From positions 1 to 54,936 of the forward strand of contig JAAPAO010000195.1 of the NCBI GenBank assembly GCA_013115145.1: DNA of 54,936 nucleotides, read 5' to 3'. Made by a program: the position numbers and the translations under genes. The notes under the pieces were generated by a model that did not search any database, was not told where the DNA came from, and saw only the letters and a program-made list of their open reading frames with translations. Of the stretch, positions 1 to 11,772 are shown piece by piece (position 1 is the first letter of the stretch; each line of letters opens with the position of its first letter). Origin of the DNA: Perkinsus chesapeaki ATCC PRA-425 (Eukaryota > Protista > Perkinsozoa).

Positions 1-1877
1 TAGAGAAAGCCAATGAACTGAGTGCACGCAAATACATAGCTACTCACGCGCGCTCGCCAGTCACCGCGCTACGGTAGAGCCCTCATCACATCTTCCCGCA
101 ACATTGCTTAGCTTGCTCTTGAAGGGGTGAGCCCCTATGCATGCATGTACAATGAATAGCAGCATGCCCCTATATTCCCGAACTAGTTCCCATGGAGCGG
201 CGGGCGCCACCATTCAATTGTCATTATATTGATACTACCCATTCCTGGGGTAGTATGGTATTACCCCAGTATGATCGTACTACTAGTATGTCTGCCTATC
301 TCAAACAGTGCTTAAATTATCCTGTGAATAATCCGACGCTTTATGACGACGGTGCCAGAAATACAGGATCGAGTGAGCTTCATGGTCGACTGCTTGCAGG
401 CTGGTTACAGCTGTCTGTACCTCCCCCCCTAGTGCTCCTTTTCCCAACCCGGTTTTGATGAGCACGAACAACAGCAGGGAGTGCATAGAGGGTGTTGCCT
501 GATAACATGATAATGAGTGATACTCTCAGATCTGTCATAAACAGTAACCAATAGCTTGGATTGATAATTCACAACATATCTCCGTACTCATACCGGGAGT
601 TTAGGAGTTAGTACAGGAGAGCTCCTTTCGCAATTGTTACCGAGCTGTCGGTAAAAGAAAGGGTGGAAAGCAGAGTAGAGAGAGCGTCGTCATCCTGGCT
701 ATGCCTACTATCAGTTGTGTTAATGAGACAGTAGTAGTAACCCACCATGGCAAACAGGCCCTTTTTGGCTTTAAGCTTCCATAGGAAGGTGTTGAAAGTT
801 ACGAGGACTCCTCGTCGAGGATCAAACCCCACTCCATATTCCATCTGGAGTGATATAATTATCACAACTGGTGGTAAAAGAAGTGATGCGAACTCACAAC
901 CACGAGAACGATAAACATGCGTATGAAGGTGAGAGGAGGACCTTCAGATTTCGAGGGATTCTTGAGGATTGAGGTACTTCCTCCACTTTCCGAAAGTGAA
1001 CGCGCGTTGCAGAACGCGGCGTTCTGAACGCCAATATTTCCGGAAAGGCTTCCAGTCTGATGCCAAGTTGCAACTCTCTCTGATCGGCATACTGTTGAAC
1101 AGTAACTGTTCGAGTGGTACCCACATCTACTCGATTGCAATCGAGCGGTTGGGCCAGGTGACCGGTCTTCTCCCGTGGACAACAACGGAAGTTCAAGGGC
1201 GCAACTGGCAGAACTTAATCTTTCGAGCCCTAAGCATGAAGCCAGTGGTGTCGCCGCGACACTGTCGCGCCTATATTATCGTTGGATGAACCGAGCAGGG
1301 ACAATCAAACAACAGCTTCGAGCCCCTTCAGAGGTTGCGAATAGGCGGGGAAGTCTAACTGGCTCGTGCCTCCAAGCTCCGGGACGTAGCATTTCGTGAC
1401 GCGCTCCCATTGAGATCGCCTCACTCCTACTAAAAAAACCTGGACTATACAAGAGGAACTCGTACATCTGTGTCGATGCGAGTAGCTTATTATCCTATGG
1501 AGGTCAACCATAATCATGTCGAATGAGTTCAGGAGATACCAGCACCTCTTCCCTCCGGGAGGAAAAAGGGTGGGGAGGGACCCTCCTCAGCTTACCATCA
1601 CGCGGCGTCTCCGGCGCTAAGCTGCCGATGCTCTGAAGGTTACTCCTTACGCGCACATCGCAGTAGGGAGTCGTTCGCGATAATCTATCGAGTTCAAGAA
1701 CCCGCAGACAAGTTATCCCTCAAGCCCCGCGCTGAATCATGTACTGCCTGTTTTTACACCGTTTTCTAAAGTCGAGGACTTTCTCGCATGGCATTCCTAT
1801 AGCTAGTTCTGGTCGGGCTTAAATGGCTAAGCTTCGAATCAGAATACCCAACCCGCAGAGGTCTGGAGATCATTATA

Positions 1878-2438
1878 ATGCAGCTCGCACACACCATCCT
1901 GCTCGTGACAGCTTTCACTTGCACTTCTGAGCTTAAGGGTGGCTCTTCAGGAAGTATGTAGTATACACACGCCGTTGGTATTCAACGAATAAGCCTATCT
2001 CAGGCGGCTGCTACGAGAAGCCAGTAGGAGATTGCTACCCCGGCGGTGAAAACTGCACTTGCCAAGATCCATACTCCGCTTTCGGCTATCCGGTGAGGAA
2101 TGGTTGAAGATATATTATTAAACCATTCCTTCTACTTGCTCAGGTCCCCGGGGGTAGCCCACCTTTGGCCATCGTGTGCTCCAAGCAGTGCAGTGAGATG
2201 AGCGATTGCCCAACGATGCCCAATTTCAACGCAGATTGTGTTGGAGGACTCTGCGGATTAAGGTGCAATAATCAAACTGTAAGGCATCAATATGCTACTT
2301 CTTTCACCTGCTATTGTCTGTATGCAGGACTGTCTGGAAGGAGAAAAATGTATCGACGTCTGTGGAGACTATATGTGTATGTTCCCCTATGACGACGAGG
2401 AGGCTGTCAACAGGCCGCAACCTCTCATTCAACTATGA
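1878..2438 (+). CDS. Small secreted cysteine-rich protein (136 aa, 4 exons)
   Basis: Manual splicing of three GT-AG introns (50, 51, 49 nt) gives an uninterrupted 411-nt CDS: MQLAHTILLVTAFTCTSELKGGSSGSGCYEKPVGDCYPGGENCTCQDPYSAFGYPVPGGSPPLAIVCSKQCSEMSDCPTMPNFNADCVGGLCGLRCNNQTDCLEGEKCIDVCGDYMCMFPYDDEEAVNRPQPLIQL*. The N-terminus is hydrophobic and 14 Cys follow it. Confidence 0.8.
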
Positions 2439-3834
2439 TAATCCTACAAGGCATAGTCTTCGTGAATATGATTCAGTAATGTCATTGAGAATTGGTTCCT
2501 GATTTCCTGAGTACAAAGCGTTTGTTACCCTAAAGCTTTGCATGCCGCTCAACGTTGGCAACACTATGTTGCCTCCGATTCTCAGAGCCCGGCATTGTCT
2601 TTAGGCAAGACCCGCAGCTGTTGAGCACTTTTCATACTAGAGAGAGTTTTGTAAATACCGCATAACAGAAGCGTTGTGGGAATACCGTGTCCCAGGAACC
2701 TCGTTGTCGTTCCAAGGACTAGGATACTTCCGGGATGAAGCCCACGAGCCGAAGATATAGAGTACCACTCGGATCAAATCACGCCTTGAGCTACTAGGCT
2801 AGCTTATAGCGAAGAATGACGGACAAAGACCAAGCTGTTCAAGAAGGACGGGCCGCAGGGACGAAAAAAGTCTCTCGGAGAACCTTTTTTCGAGAACCGT
2901 TCTCTCCATCCCAAGTAAGTCGCAAGGAGGAGTCTCTTGACTCGAGAGTCTTGGGCACGCTCATTAGGTTTCAAAACAACGTTGGCATGATTCCTATAAT
3001 CTTTGGTGTAGCCAGTAGCAGACACATGTACGCTTTGGGTCTCATGTCACTCTCTCGTCCCTTCCGTGAATCCTGGAGACATCACAGTTATTCAGGTTAT
3101 TGGACGAGACAAACTCGAAGACTCGTACCCGAATCCGGTATCACCGATAGATGATAGCCAGAATAAAAGTCAGTGAGTGTCATGTAACAGTTGGTCGTCC
3201 TCCGAGCAACTTATCACCGAAGCGGACGCAGGCAGAGCTAATTTCTAGATGGTCGACAGCATCGTCCATCTCCCGTGACATAAAAGGCTATAACGGAGAT
3301 GGTTCTCACTCGCTAGCCTGATAAACCCTGAAGAGCCAGCTAAATCATCAAACTGAGCTTCGTGTCGTACTTATGGTGCCAAATTCAGCCGATTAACTTA
3401 ATATGATAAGTCTGAACGGGAGACTGAGTATTCTGGGTGACTGTCGTGGTCTGGTAAGCTTTAACGAGCCCTTTTCATCTAATTCGATTACCCTGGAACC
3501 TTGTAAGGGCATTCGGTACTGGGAAATTATACGATTGAAACGGTGCTGCTTCAACAGCCCAAGTAATCTGCCATCGAGTAACCTCTTTCGTTCACACCGT
3601 ATTAGTCCAGGCGTGGGTCTTGCTTGCCCAACACAACCAACAAGGGTAATGAAGAGAACTCATCGTAAAACACGCCAGTGTAATTACAAACTTCCTCAAG
3701 ATATTCACTTACATCACTGGTTCTTCATTTGCTTCTTATCGCTGAAGGCTCACATGAAAATCGAGCGAGAGCTACAGGCTTTACCATAAAGAAATAATTC
3801 GTTGAAGACGGAAATATGACGGACAACTGAGGTG

Positions 3835-6800
3835 TTAAATTTTAGACATTGGCGTCGTGCTTCTGTACTTCTCGCTGGAAAATTTCTCATACCTGAGTAG
3901 AAGTCAAGAAATTTATCAACCAACGACACACTTGTTGGTGTGAGGATTCAGCCAGATGATGTTATCGGGTGCACAAGCGTCTGGATCACATCCCTCTTTA
4001 ACGAATCTGCTTTTAATCTGCTTGAAAGTTGATGTATGGTCTTCGTCACTGGTGAGTAGGCGGACCTGAGGGATACCCTAATGCTTGTGAGGATTGGTAG
4101 GTTACTCACAAAGAGTGGTATGGAGAATTTAGGCAGATGCTGGTCGAGGAACTTCTTAAATGAAACCCATGCCTTCTCATCGAAGGGATGAAGACAAGCT
4201 GGTGAAGATTCATCTGAGTAAGACATTGATAGATGGTCTGTTGATCAAGGAGAGGCTTACCATTTGATGCAGAAACTTCGCCTACTCTCAGCGCAACCAT
4301 GCACCCTCGGCCATCGGGCTCGCCAGGAATCTTTACGCCATAACTGAAGGCAAATCCAGCATGATGGAGCGAAATCAATCCGTTGACTCCATCGGACTCA
4401 CACATTAGCCTCCGCAATGCCTGGGTATTGCGAGACGACATTTGAAACCTCCAGCGTGGACACGTTTTCCCCCTTCCATCTGATTGAAGCACCCTCCATC
4501 AGACCCGCTCCTGACACTTACCTGAAGGTATCTCCGACTCTGTCAACAAAATAATAACGTCCCCCATTGTCGATGCGAAGGAGGTCTCCACTACGGAAGT
4601 AAGAATCTCCAGCTACAAATGCGCCTCGAACTATCTGAAGTAAGCCGGCCTATCCGTGACTCAGTCGTGATTTTGTAAGCTTACCTTGTCCTCTGTTGCC
4701 TTAGTATCGGTATAACCCGCAAATGATGTCGCTGGATGGTTCTGTCTGATCGGCATTAACAGTTCACCGGGCTCATCTAAAGTCACCACGGAAGCCGTGA
4801 AGTGGAGGAGACCAATGGTCTTCATCTTATGTCAAACTTACCTAGGTCAGCTTCAATACAGAAGCCTCGCTTATTCCTCACCAGTGTCTCTGTTTCTACA
4901 TCGAACCTGAGATTTCCCGAAGTCTTAAGGGTTTCTTCAACATTAGAAGTTGCATACTTTGCTAGCTTGAAACCCGCCAGTCTTCGTGCGATAACCCCCA
5001 TGACACCAACTGCACCACGGTCTTCTTTTCGCGTGCCTGACACGTCCTCTTTGGGGAGTTCGCCTTGATTAACAGAAGCAACCGACTCACATAGATTCAC
5101 AAGGGCTCCGTTGCCTTCGGTAGAGCCATAGAACTCAAGGATTTGAGGGATACCAAAGGTGTCCTGGAAAGGTCCCCATACCTACACCACACTGGAAGGC
5201 AACTTGCACGGATTGGACAAGATTACTTCGGGTCTGAGGCCGTTGCCGATGGCAATGCGGAGCTTGTGTGATCGATAGAGGGGGTCATTTGGTGCCTTAC
5301 TCGCCGCTGCTGTGAGGTAACGGCAGACCTCACCGATGTACTGCAAAACAGTACACCTGACCAAATTATCAATAGAACGGACTAGTTTCACAAAGGGGAC
5401 AAGCTTGAAGCGGCAACGCGCTCAGAAGAGGGTGAATAGACTAGGTTACAGCTCAGCGTTAAGATTAGCTTATTCACACGGTCTAGTGCATATCGGCCAG
5501 GTGAGCTCNNNNNNNNNNNNNNNNNNNNNNNNNNNNNNNNNNNNNNNNNNNNNNNNNNNNNNNNNNNNNNNNNNNNNNNNNNNNNNNNNNNNNNNNNNNN
5601 NNNNNCTCTATATCAATACTATCGCTTATGGACTTCATGTGAGCTCTATATCAATACTATCGATTATGGACTTCATGTGAGCTCTATATCAATACTATCG
5701 CTTATGGACTTCATGTGAGCTCTATATCAATACTATCGATTATGGACTTCATGTGAGCTCTATATCAATACTATCGATTATGGACTTCATGTGGGCTCTA
5801 TATCAATACTATCGCTTACGGTCTTGAAAGGTGGTCACTGGAACACGGGACAGCCTCACTTATATTTATTGATCTCATGCCAGATCTTGCTTGTTGAAAA
5901 GCGCCTTGATAGGACTATTGTGCACCCTTTATGGATAGCCATGCAGATGCCAATACCTCCACCAGCGGAGTGAAACAGCGGCAGGCAAATGTATCTGGTC
6001 GTGATCACATAATAGGATCTCTCAATCTCTCGAGCCTTGCATGATGTCAGCTTCGGTTACAGAGGCTTGTCCTGCCATACCAAGGCCAAAGGAGGACATG
6101 CGCGCATGAGATATCTTGGCTGCCTTGGGCATCCCCTGACGCCTTTCACATTAACGTCCTTTTAATTGCATATCTTACCATGGTTCCTGAGGTGTAAATG
6201 TATCCAAAAGTAGACATCAGTGTCACGCGCGTTTTCCGGTATTCCGCTGTTTTTTCCGGCCGAACTTGGCCCAGATTAGGGTATCTAACAACCAGATTGC
6301 ACTTAGGCTGACCGTGGCGGTTTTACTCCACTTACAACTCGTTGAGGATATCGTATGTCAAACAGGTCGCTTTCGAAACCGAAGAGCTCAAGCCCTCCCA
6401 CTGTACGAAACGACTGATAGAAAAAGATATTGAGGAAAGAATTCAACGTCAACAAAGTACATGTCATAGTTATCCTCTCGAAGAGCTTTCTCGACGGAAG
6501 TCATCTAAGATAGAATATGCAAATACCCGTCAACTTTGTGTGAGCATCACCTCTCCAGCAGATTCAGGATCAAATACAATCACGTCCGCGGAGCTACTCC
6601 TGATGGCATAAGCCAACGCTTGTGACTTAAGGTGGTGATTCACCAACGCGACCTGAATGCACTAGAGGCAGAACAAGGAAAGGCTAGCTCCTCACCTTCA
6701 CGCCAGCCTTGGCAGCTGCTAGCCACCAGCAGACGAAATCGGGTTTATTTTCCATCACCAATGCGATGCAGGACTCACCGGGCACGAGACATAAATGGTC

Positions 6801-7277
6801 GTGCAGATACCTTCGAGCAGAAGTGGTCAGGAATAACAAGGCCGACATTCAGCCCAAGCCGTAAACAAAGGCTCACGCTCACCAACACAATAAGTTGGAC
6901 AACTCATCTGCATCTCTGAAGGTCATCCTCCTGTCCTCGAAGATAATGAAGGTGTTATCGCCATACCTAGACCACAGCAGTTGAACATCATCAACGACAT
7001 CTACTTTGCCACTTTCTAACTGCACGGTCCCATGCTGTGATGATGTCCTCGCCGACTTTACTAAGATGCCGTTCCTTCACCAGCAAAGGGAAAAGCCTCC
7101 TGAGAGAAGCTAGGCTGCCGCAAATCAATATTGCTTTCTGGGGTGCATGAGGAGGTGTGTCTACCAAGCCATAAGGAGGTCGTGCTCGATCCTCCAGTAG
7201 TGGTCCGCTCCTTTGAACGAGATGTAGCCTATTGCGGCCATTGCTGCCGTTTTCCCATTTAGAAGCGAAGCAGTCAT
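3835..7277 (-). CDS. Fatty acid transport protein / very-long-chain acyl-CoA synthetase (FATP/SLC27 family), multi-exon
   Basis: Spliced exons give [21 protein letters not shown], the AMP-binding motif YIYTSGT(M)[92 protein letters not shown] and TSTFKQIK, all FATP hallmarks. Start ATG is at 7277. The stop near 3835 depends on the inferred last intron. Confidence 0.92.
5501..5819. repeat. 38-bp minisatellite in a FATP intron, interrupted by an N gap (5509-5605)
   Basis: Unit gagctctatatcaatactatcg(c/a)ttatggacttcatgt starts at 5641, 5679, 5717, 5755 and 5793 (partial). The unit junction gtgagctc also precedes the gap. It lies between exons ...EINKYK and CTVLQYIG. Confidence 0.95.
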
Positions 7278-8739
7278 TAAGGGATTAAAACTGTATGGAA
7301 TGTATCGAGAATCTCTATTAGGTATTATCTAAGTTTTGCAAGCCGCCAAGTCTATTCCAAGGCTTTCGGCTCGGAAGCATCTTGTATAAGTTCATATAAT
7401 TAGCACCGTCGCTCGTGTACATAGTAGATCTTGGCAATCCCCATTTCGAGACATTCATCACTTTTCAAGACTTGAAGGAAGTGGTCAAGGCAAGCGCAGG
7501 GACGAGCGGTGCTACCCGCAGCAGCTACGGTGTCTATCATGAGCCACCTCAGTTATTGTGTGAACCATTCTATTTGAAGGACAAGTCTTGTTAGCAAAGT
7601 TTCAAACCACTCAAGATGCACACAAGCTACGATTTCATAGGTTATCCGTTCTCTACAAATTTCCACTCTGGCGGAGGTCTGCCGAGTCTGTGGAACGTGA
7701 TTATTGATGCTTTACCTCAACCTGGGATTCCCAGGCTGGGAAGGTGAGATTCCTCGTTGGACTCACACCCCGGATGCAGCGTCAGAGCTTTCATAGACCA
7801 CTAGCCGTGTGGGCTGCCATGTCATCCCGAGCATGTCTTATCTCAAACATGAGGAGGTGGACATCTCAACATATTCGAGGGATACAGTGCATGAGATGCA
7901 CACCACGCGCAGCGCGGTCGGAAACTATGCAGGGAACCCAGCCTCACCGAAGCTGGTATGATCGTGAAGGAGGCCTTACTTTGGCCCAATATCTTACACG
8001 AAGTTGCAAGATTAGAGACCAAATTTACTCGTAGAAGGTGGATCGAACAAATCGACTCAAATTCAGAAGTGTGTATGCGTGCCGAGTTTGCGCGTGCGTG
8101 CGCTTATTTTTAGGCGGGTCGTTGCCAGCGAGTCATTGGCAAAGGCTCGTGAGGGTTGACACCACAACCATATTTCTCCTGTCCTCCATCAGTAGTCATC
8201 ACTAGAACAGTGCCACATGCCTGTTTGTGGTTTTATTGTTTAACACAAACATTGGCTTAGTTGATTTAATCAATACATATGCACCTCAGACACCGTGGTG
8301 AGCTCCGTGAAGTGGGAAGGATTTATGGGAATTCATTTGGTTTCGAGGGTTAGTAAGGCGTAAACGGCTCTCTCGTGTTCAAACTCTATATTTCTTCCGA
8401 GGATGACTAACCCTACATGTATGCGAAAAAACGTAGGTATGCTCAGATAAACATAAAGCTGTGCATTGCCAAAAATGCAGCTAGTTACCAGCCAGGTTCC
8501 GCTGAGGGCAACTAGCCCGGACACTCGCAGCATAAACCGACAAAGGTAGACGATATGGTGAGTTCGGGTAATTCGAACCTGAGCTCCAACCACAGAAATA
8601 TACAACGTAACACGGGAGGGTAGAGCTCTATTGGGTCTCTATAGCCGCACAGTTCCAGAACTTACTCGGCTACGAATAACGAAGTAGATGGTCTGGTCCT
8701 TCTTAACCGGTATAAACCTGTGGTGTCCGCGGTAATATT

Positions 8740-9250
8740 GAATGTGTAGTATAGATGTGGCCGGAGATTTCACTCGGATTTCATCGAAGGTGACGATAAA
8801 GTATTTAGGCATTCTCTAAATACTCATCTCACCAAGGCCATGGCAGTTTCGATTCGGTATGCTCTCGGATAAGCGGGACTTAGGCTTCAAATTCGACAAG
8901 TGCGCTTGGATGAGATGCTGCCTGCTACCCGCGGCTAGACGAAACACAACACGGCAATCGATCAAGAAAGGCTTACAATCTGAGCTACAACATTAAGATC
9001 GTAAGACCGGTTGGCAGGGTATATTTTGTGGAGACCTCTAGACCGACGAGTCAACATGGCGCAAAGCCGAACCGTGGATATAGTCGGCCAGAGGAGGTAG
9101 TTCTCAAAAAACCTTAAGAGTAAGCCTATTGTGGTAAAGACACAACCTGGCCGAACATTTTGATACTATGCAGCAGATATGAGTTTCAAAGGTAGCCAAG
9201 AGAGCAGGTGGTTACCGACGAATCTCGGTCGAAGATTACTGCCTAAAGCA
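8740..9250 (+). repeat. Copy A of a diverged duplicated segment (degenerate hypothetical gene) convergent with LPMO-1
   Basis: Alignable by eye to about 11110-11660. Shared strings include atttcatcgaaggt, gacaagtg.gcttggatgaga, cgatcaagaaaggct.acaat.tgagctacaacatt and gagcaggt.gttaccgac. Both copies carry indels or stops. Confidence 0.7.
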
Positions 9251-9271
9251 TTTAGAGGAAGCTAAAAGGTT

Positions 9272-10102
9272 CTATTGGATCTTGACATCAGCGCAGTTCC
9301 AGAACTGTTCACCGTTCCTGGCATTATCACAGCTATCCTTGGGAGAGTTGGACTGATCCCAAGATGAATCGAGGGAAGGATACTTCCCCTTAAACATGGC
9401 AAAATATTCCTTATAGCCATCGACAAGACAAGAGTTGCCAGTAATCCAATTCCATTGAATGGTGCAGACATCACATGTTAGATCATCTGGTAGTTTAAAT
9501 AACATTTTATAATTCATCATCCCACCAGAACCGAAGCTTTGTGGTGGAAGATACCATCTCTCGGGATGGTTGGTATCGATAGGTTGACAGTCGTAGTTGC
9601 TGGCATCAATATTCTTTGCATTCTTACACTCCTCACGGTCATCAGGATTAGGTCTTAGTAGGAGATTCTCATTAAGACATTTCTGACCATCTATTTGAGT
9701 GCTGAACTTGTCACCATTTAGACCACCCTTACAGATGCGGAACTCGAAGTGTCCCCAATGATGAACGGTCAGATGCATATCAATTTCAATAGTTTGTCCC
9801 TTCTTGTAGGTGGCCACGACTGGTCCTTGTTGCATGTAAGGTTGCTGATTGAGAGGGAGCAAATCACCACCGCCACCTTCCCATGGGTCACCACAAAGGC
9901 CATGAGTTCCCTCGGCATCGTGGTTATCTGGGAACGGGGCACCCTTAGCTTGGATCCTTCCCACAGCTCCGACACTATTGCCAGCTTGTGGGGTCCAGTG
10001 GTTCTTATCACCGGCAGCCTTATTACGAGCAGGAGGGTTTGAAATGAACCCATGACCGTTAACAAAGATGATGAGAGTCGAGGCGACGGTGGGTAAAAGC
10101 AT
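9272..10102 (-). CDS. Lytic polysaccharide monooxygenase, AA10/AA15-like (LPMO_10 / chitin-binding type 3), copy 1
   Basis: Intronless 276-aa ORF. A 16-aa signal peptide (MLLPTVASTLIIFVNG) is followed directly by His1 (HGFISNPPARN). The second His is in TVHHWGHFEFRIC, followed by CTIQWNWITGNSC and a C-terminal GEQFWNCADV. Confidence 0.9.
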   Translation of the reverse strand: MLLPTVASTLIIFVNGHGFISNPPARNKAAGDKNHWTPQAGNSVGAVGRIQAKGAPFPDNHDAEGTHGLCGDPWEGGGGDLLPLNQQPYMQQGPVVATYKKGQTIEIDMHLTVHHWGHFEFRICKGGLNGDKFSTQIDGQKCLNENLLLRPNPDDREECKNAKNIDASNYDCQPIDTNHPERWYLPPQSFGSGGMMNYKMLFKLPDDLTCDVCTIQWNWITGNSCLVDGYKEYFAMFKGKYPSLDSSWDQSNSPKDSCDNARNGEQFWNCADVKIQ

Positions 10103-11109
10103 GAGTTTCGGGATAAACTCAACTGACAGACACCCGACTACAATTCACGCTGTGCTACGATGACAAATCTTCCCCAGCAGGGCCACATTATGAGGCAGCG
10201 CAATTTCAGAGATCTGACATCCTCTCTACTGAATCAGAGTAGCCCAAGTAACTGCACGCCGACACAGCCACTTGGGTATTTCAAACTGGGGAGGTACAGC
10301 GGTCACGTCATAGTAGGTGACCGAGTTTACGGATGTCTTAGACGAAGACGTTGATGTGATTCGGCTCGCATTGTTTCGTCAGCTGTCCTTAACCACGGAA
10401 GCTTTGGAGTTACCGCCACAGACACAAGTCGTGATGTTTCCTAAACAGCCTATTGAGGGAGGGATGTAGCCAGTAGCAGCTACCCGAAGCGCCCAGTAAT
10501 CAAACAACAGGGACAATTAAATGGCTCCGCGCTACGAATGTAACTCCTGTCCCCGGCACAATACTGTGTTCGTTCTCAGCAGGTTATTCAGAGTCACGGC
10601 TGGGATATTCGGTCGAAATACCCATGAGAAGTATTGTTGCTGTGGAAAACACAGGCGACAAAAATCACCACACATTGGATGAACACTCTATACGGCTGAA
10701 TATAATTTCGGGGCACGACTTCAACTAGAGGAGTTCACGTCAGGAGCTAATTACGATTGTATTACGGAAACTCCCATCACAACTTATTAGTGACAACAGC
10801 GGCATGGTGGATAGATTGAAGGTACACCGTTAGTATGGAGAGCGCTGCGGTCGAGCATTCAGCATTTAGCGAAACGCGAGAGCAACCTGAGGAGGCGTAT
10901 AACCACATCGTAGTAACGCGACCAGGTACATTATCACTAGGCTGAGGTGGACACGTGTTCTGCTCCATGTAAAATACTCAATTCGTGGATATTTAAATAG
11001 ACAGGGCCGTTATCGACTGCTCAGAATCCACGCTGCAACTCGGCTATCAATAGCATAGCGGATGTCTTTGTCCTCCACAGCGGACACGCCCAATCAACTG
11101 TGGTGACCA

Positions 11110-11660
11110 CGGTACTAGAGATGTGGTCGGAAATCTGATTCGCATTTCATCGAAGGTCACCAAGAAATATCTCGAGTCGAGATTTTTAATAAAAAGAGGC
11201 TCATCTCTGCAAAGCTATGTCAGCTGTTTCGAATCGGCGTGGTTTCGGGTAAGCTGGATTTAAGCGTCATACTCGACAAGTGGGCTTGGATGAGAGTTGT
11301 CTGGGACTAGACATAACACCACACGGCGATCGATCAAGAAAGGCTCACAATTTGAGCTACAACATTCGGACCGTAAGATCGCTTGATGGGATGCACTGTA
11401 TTTTGCGGAGACGTCCGACCTCGAGACCGAAGAGGCAACATGGCGAGAAGCGAAATCATATGGATATGGTCGGTCAATGGAGGCGATCTTCGAAAACCCG
11501 TACAAGTGATTCTGTTAAGACAAAGACACAGTTTAGCCTAGAACTATTAACACAGTTTCTACACTGATTTTTGAGCAGCATATAAGAGAGCCTCGGACAC
11601 TGCCAAGGGAGCAGGTAGTTACCGACCAATCACGGTTGAAGGTAACTACCGGAAGCCTCC
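11110..11660 (+). repeat. Copy B of the diverged duplicated segment convergent with LPMO-2
   Basis: Homologous to 8740-9250. One frame reads ALYFAETSDLETEEATWREAKSYGYGRSMEAIFENPY, which looks like a hypothetical protein fragment. Confidence 0.7.
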
Positions 11661-11772
11661 AAAGCACAGTAGAGCAACAATAGTGGGCGATACGAAGAGT
11701 ATACGTTATTTGAGCTTTGGATCGAACTCCATACGTACCCCCCTCAGGGTCCTTGAGGGAGGAGCAATAGTA

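Noticed and set aside
1255-1269. Isolated 7-bp hairpin cgcgaca-c-tgtcgcg
   Set aside because: A few 7-bp arms with a 1-nt loop are expected by chance in 55 kb. Only clusters and long arms are treated as signal.
608-1517. Minus-strand ORF pieces with some GT-AG pairs
   Set aside because: I could not build a stop-free spliced model and found no motif. The region may be a decayed gene.
2600-3790. ORFs 2816-3154 and 3403-3789
   Set aside because: No recognisable motifs or consistent exon chain.
5336-5680. ORF through the N gap
   Set aside because: Artefact of Ns and the minisatellite.
5607-5819. Regular repeats as a possible CRISPR array
   Set aside because: The units are contiguous with no unique spacers, and the context is a eukaryotic intron.
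9749-10122. Overlapping alternative-frame and antisense ORFs on LPMO, ALS, HECT and protease genes
   Set aside because: These are shadows of real coding sequence.
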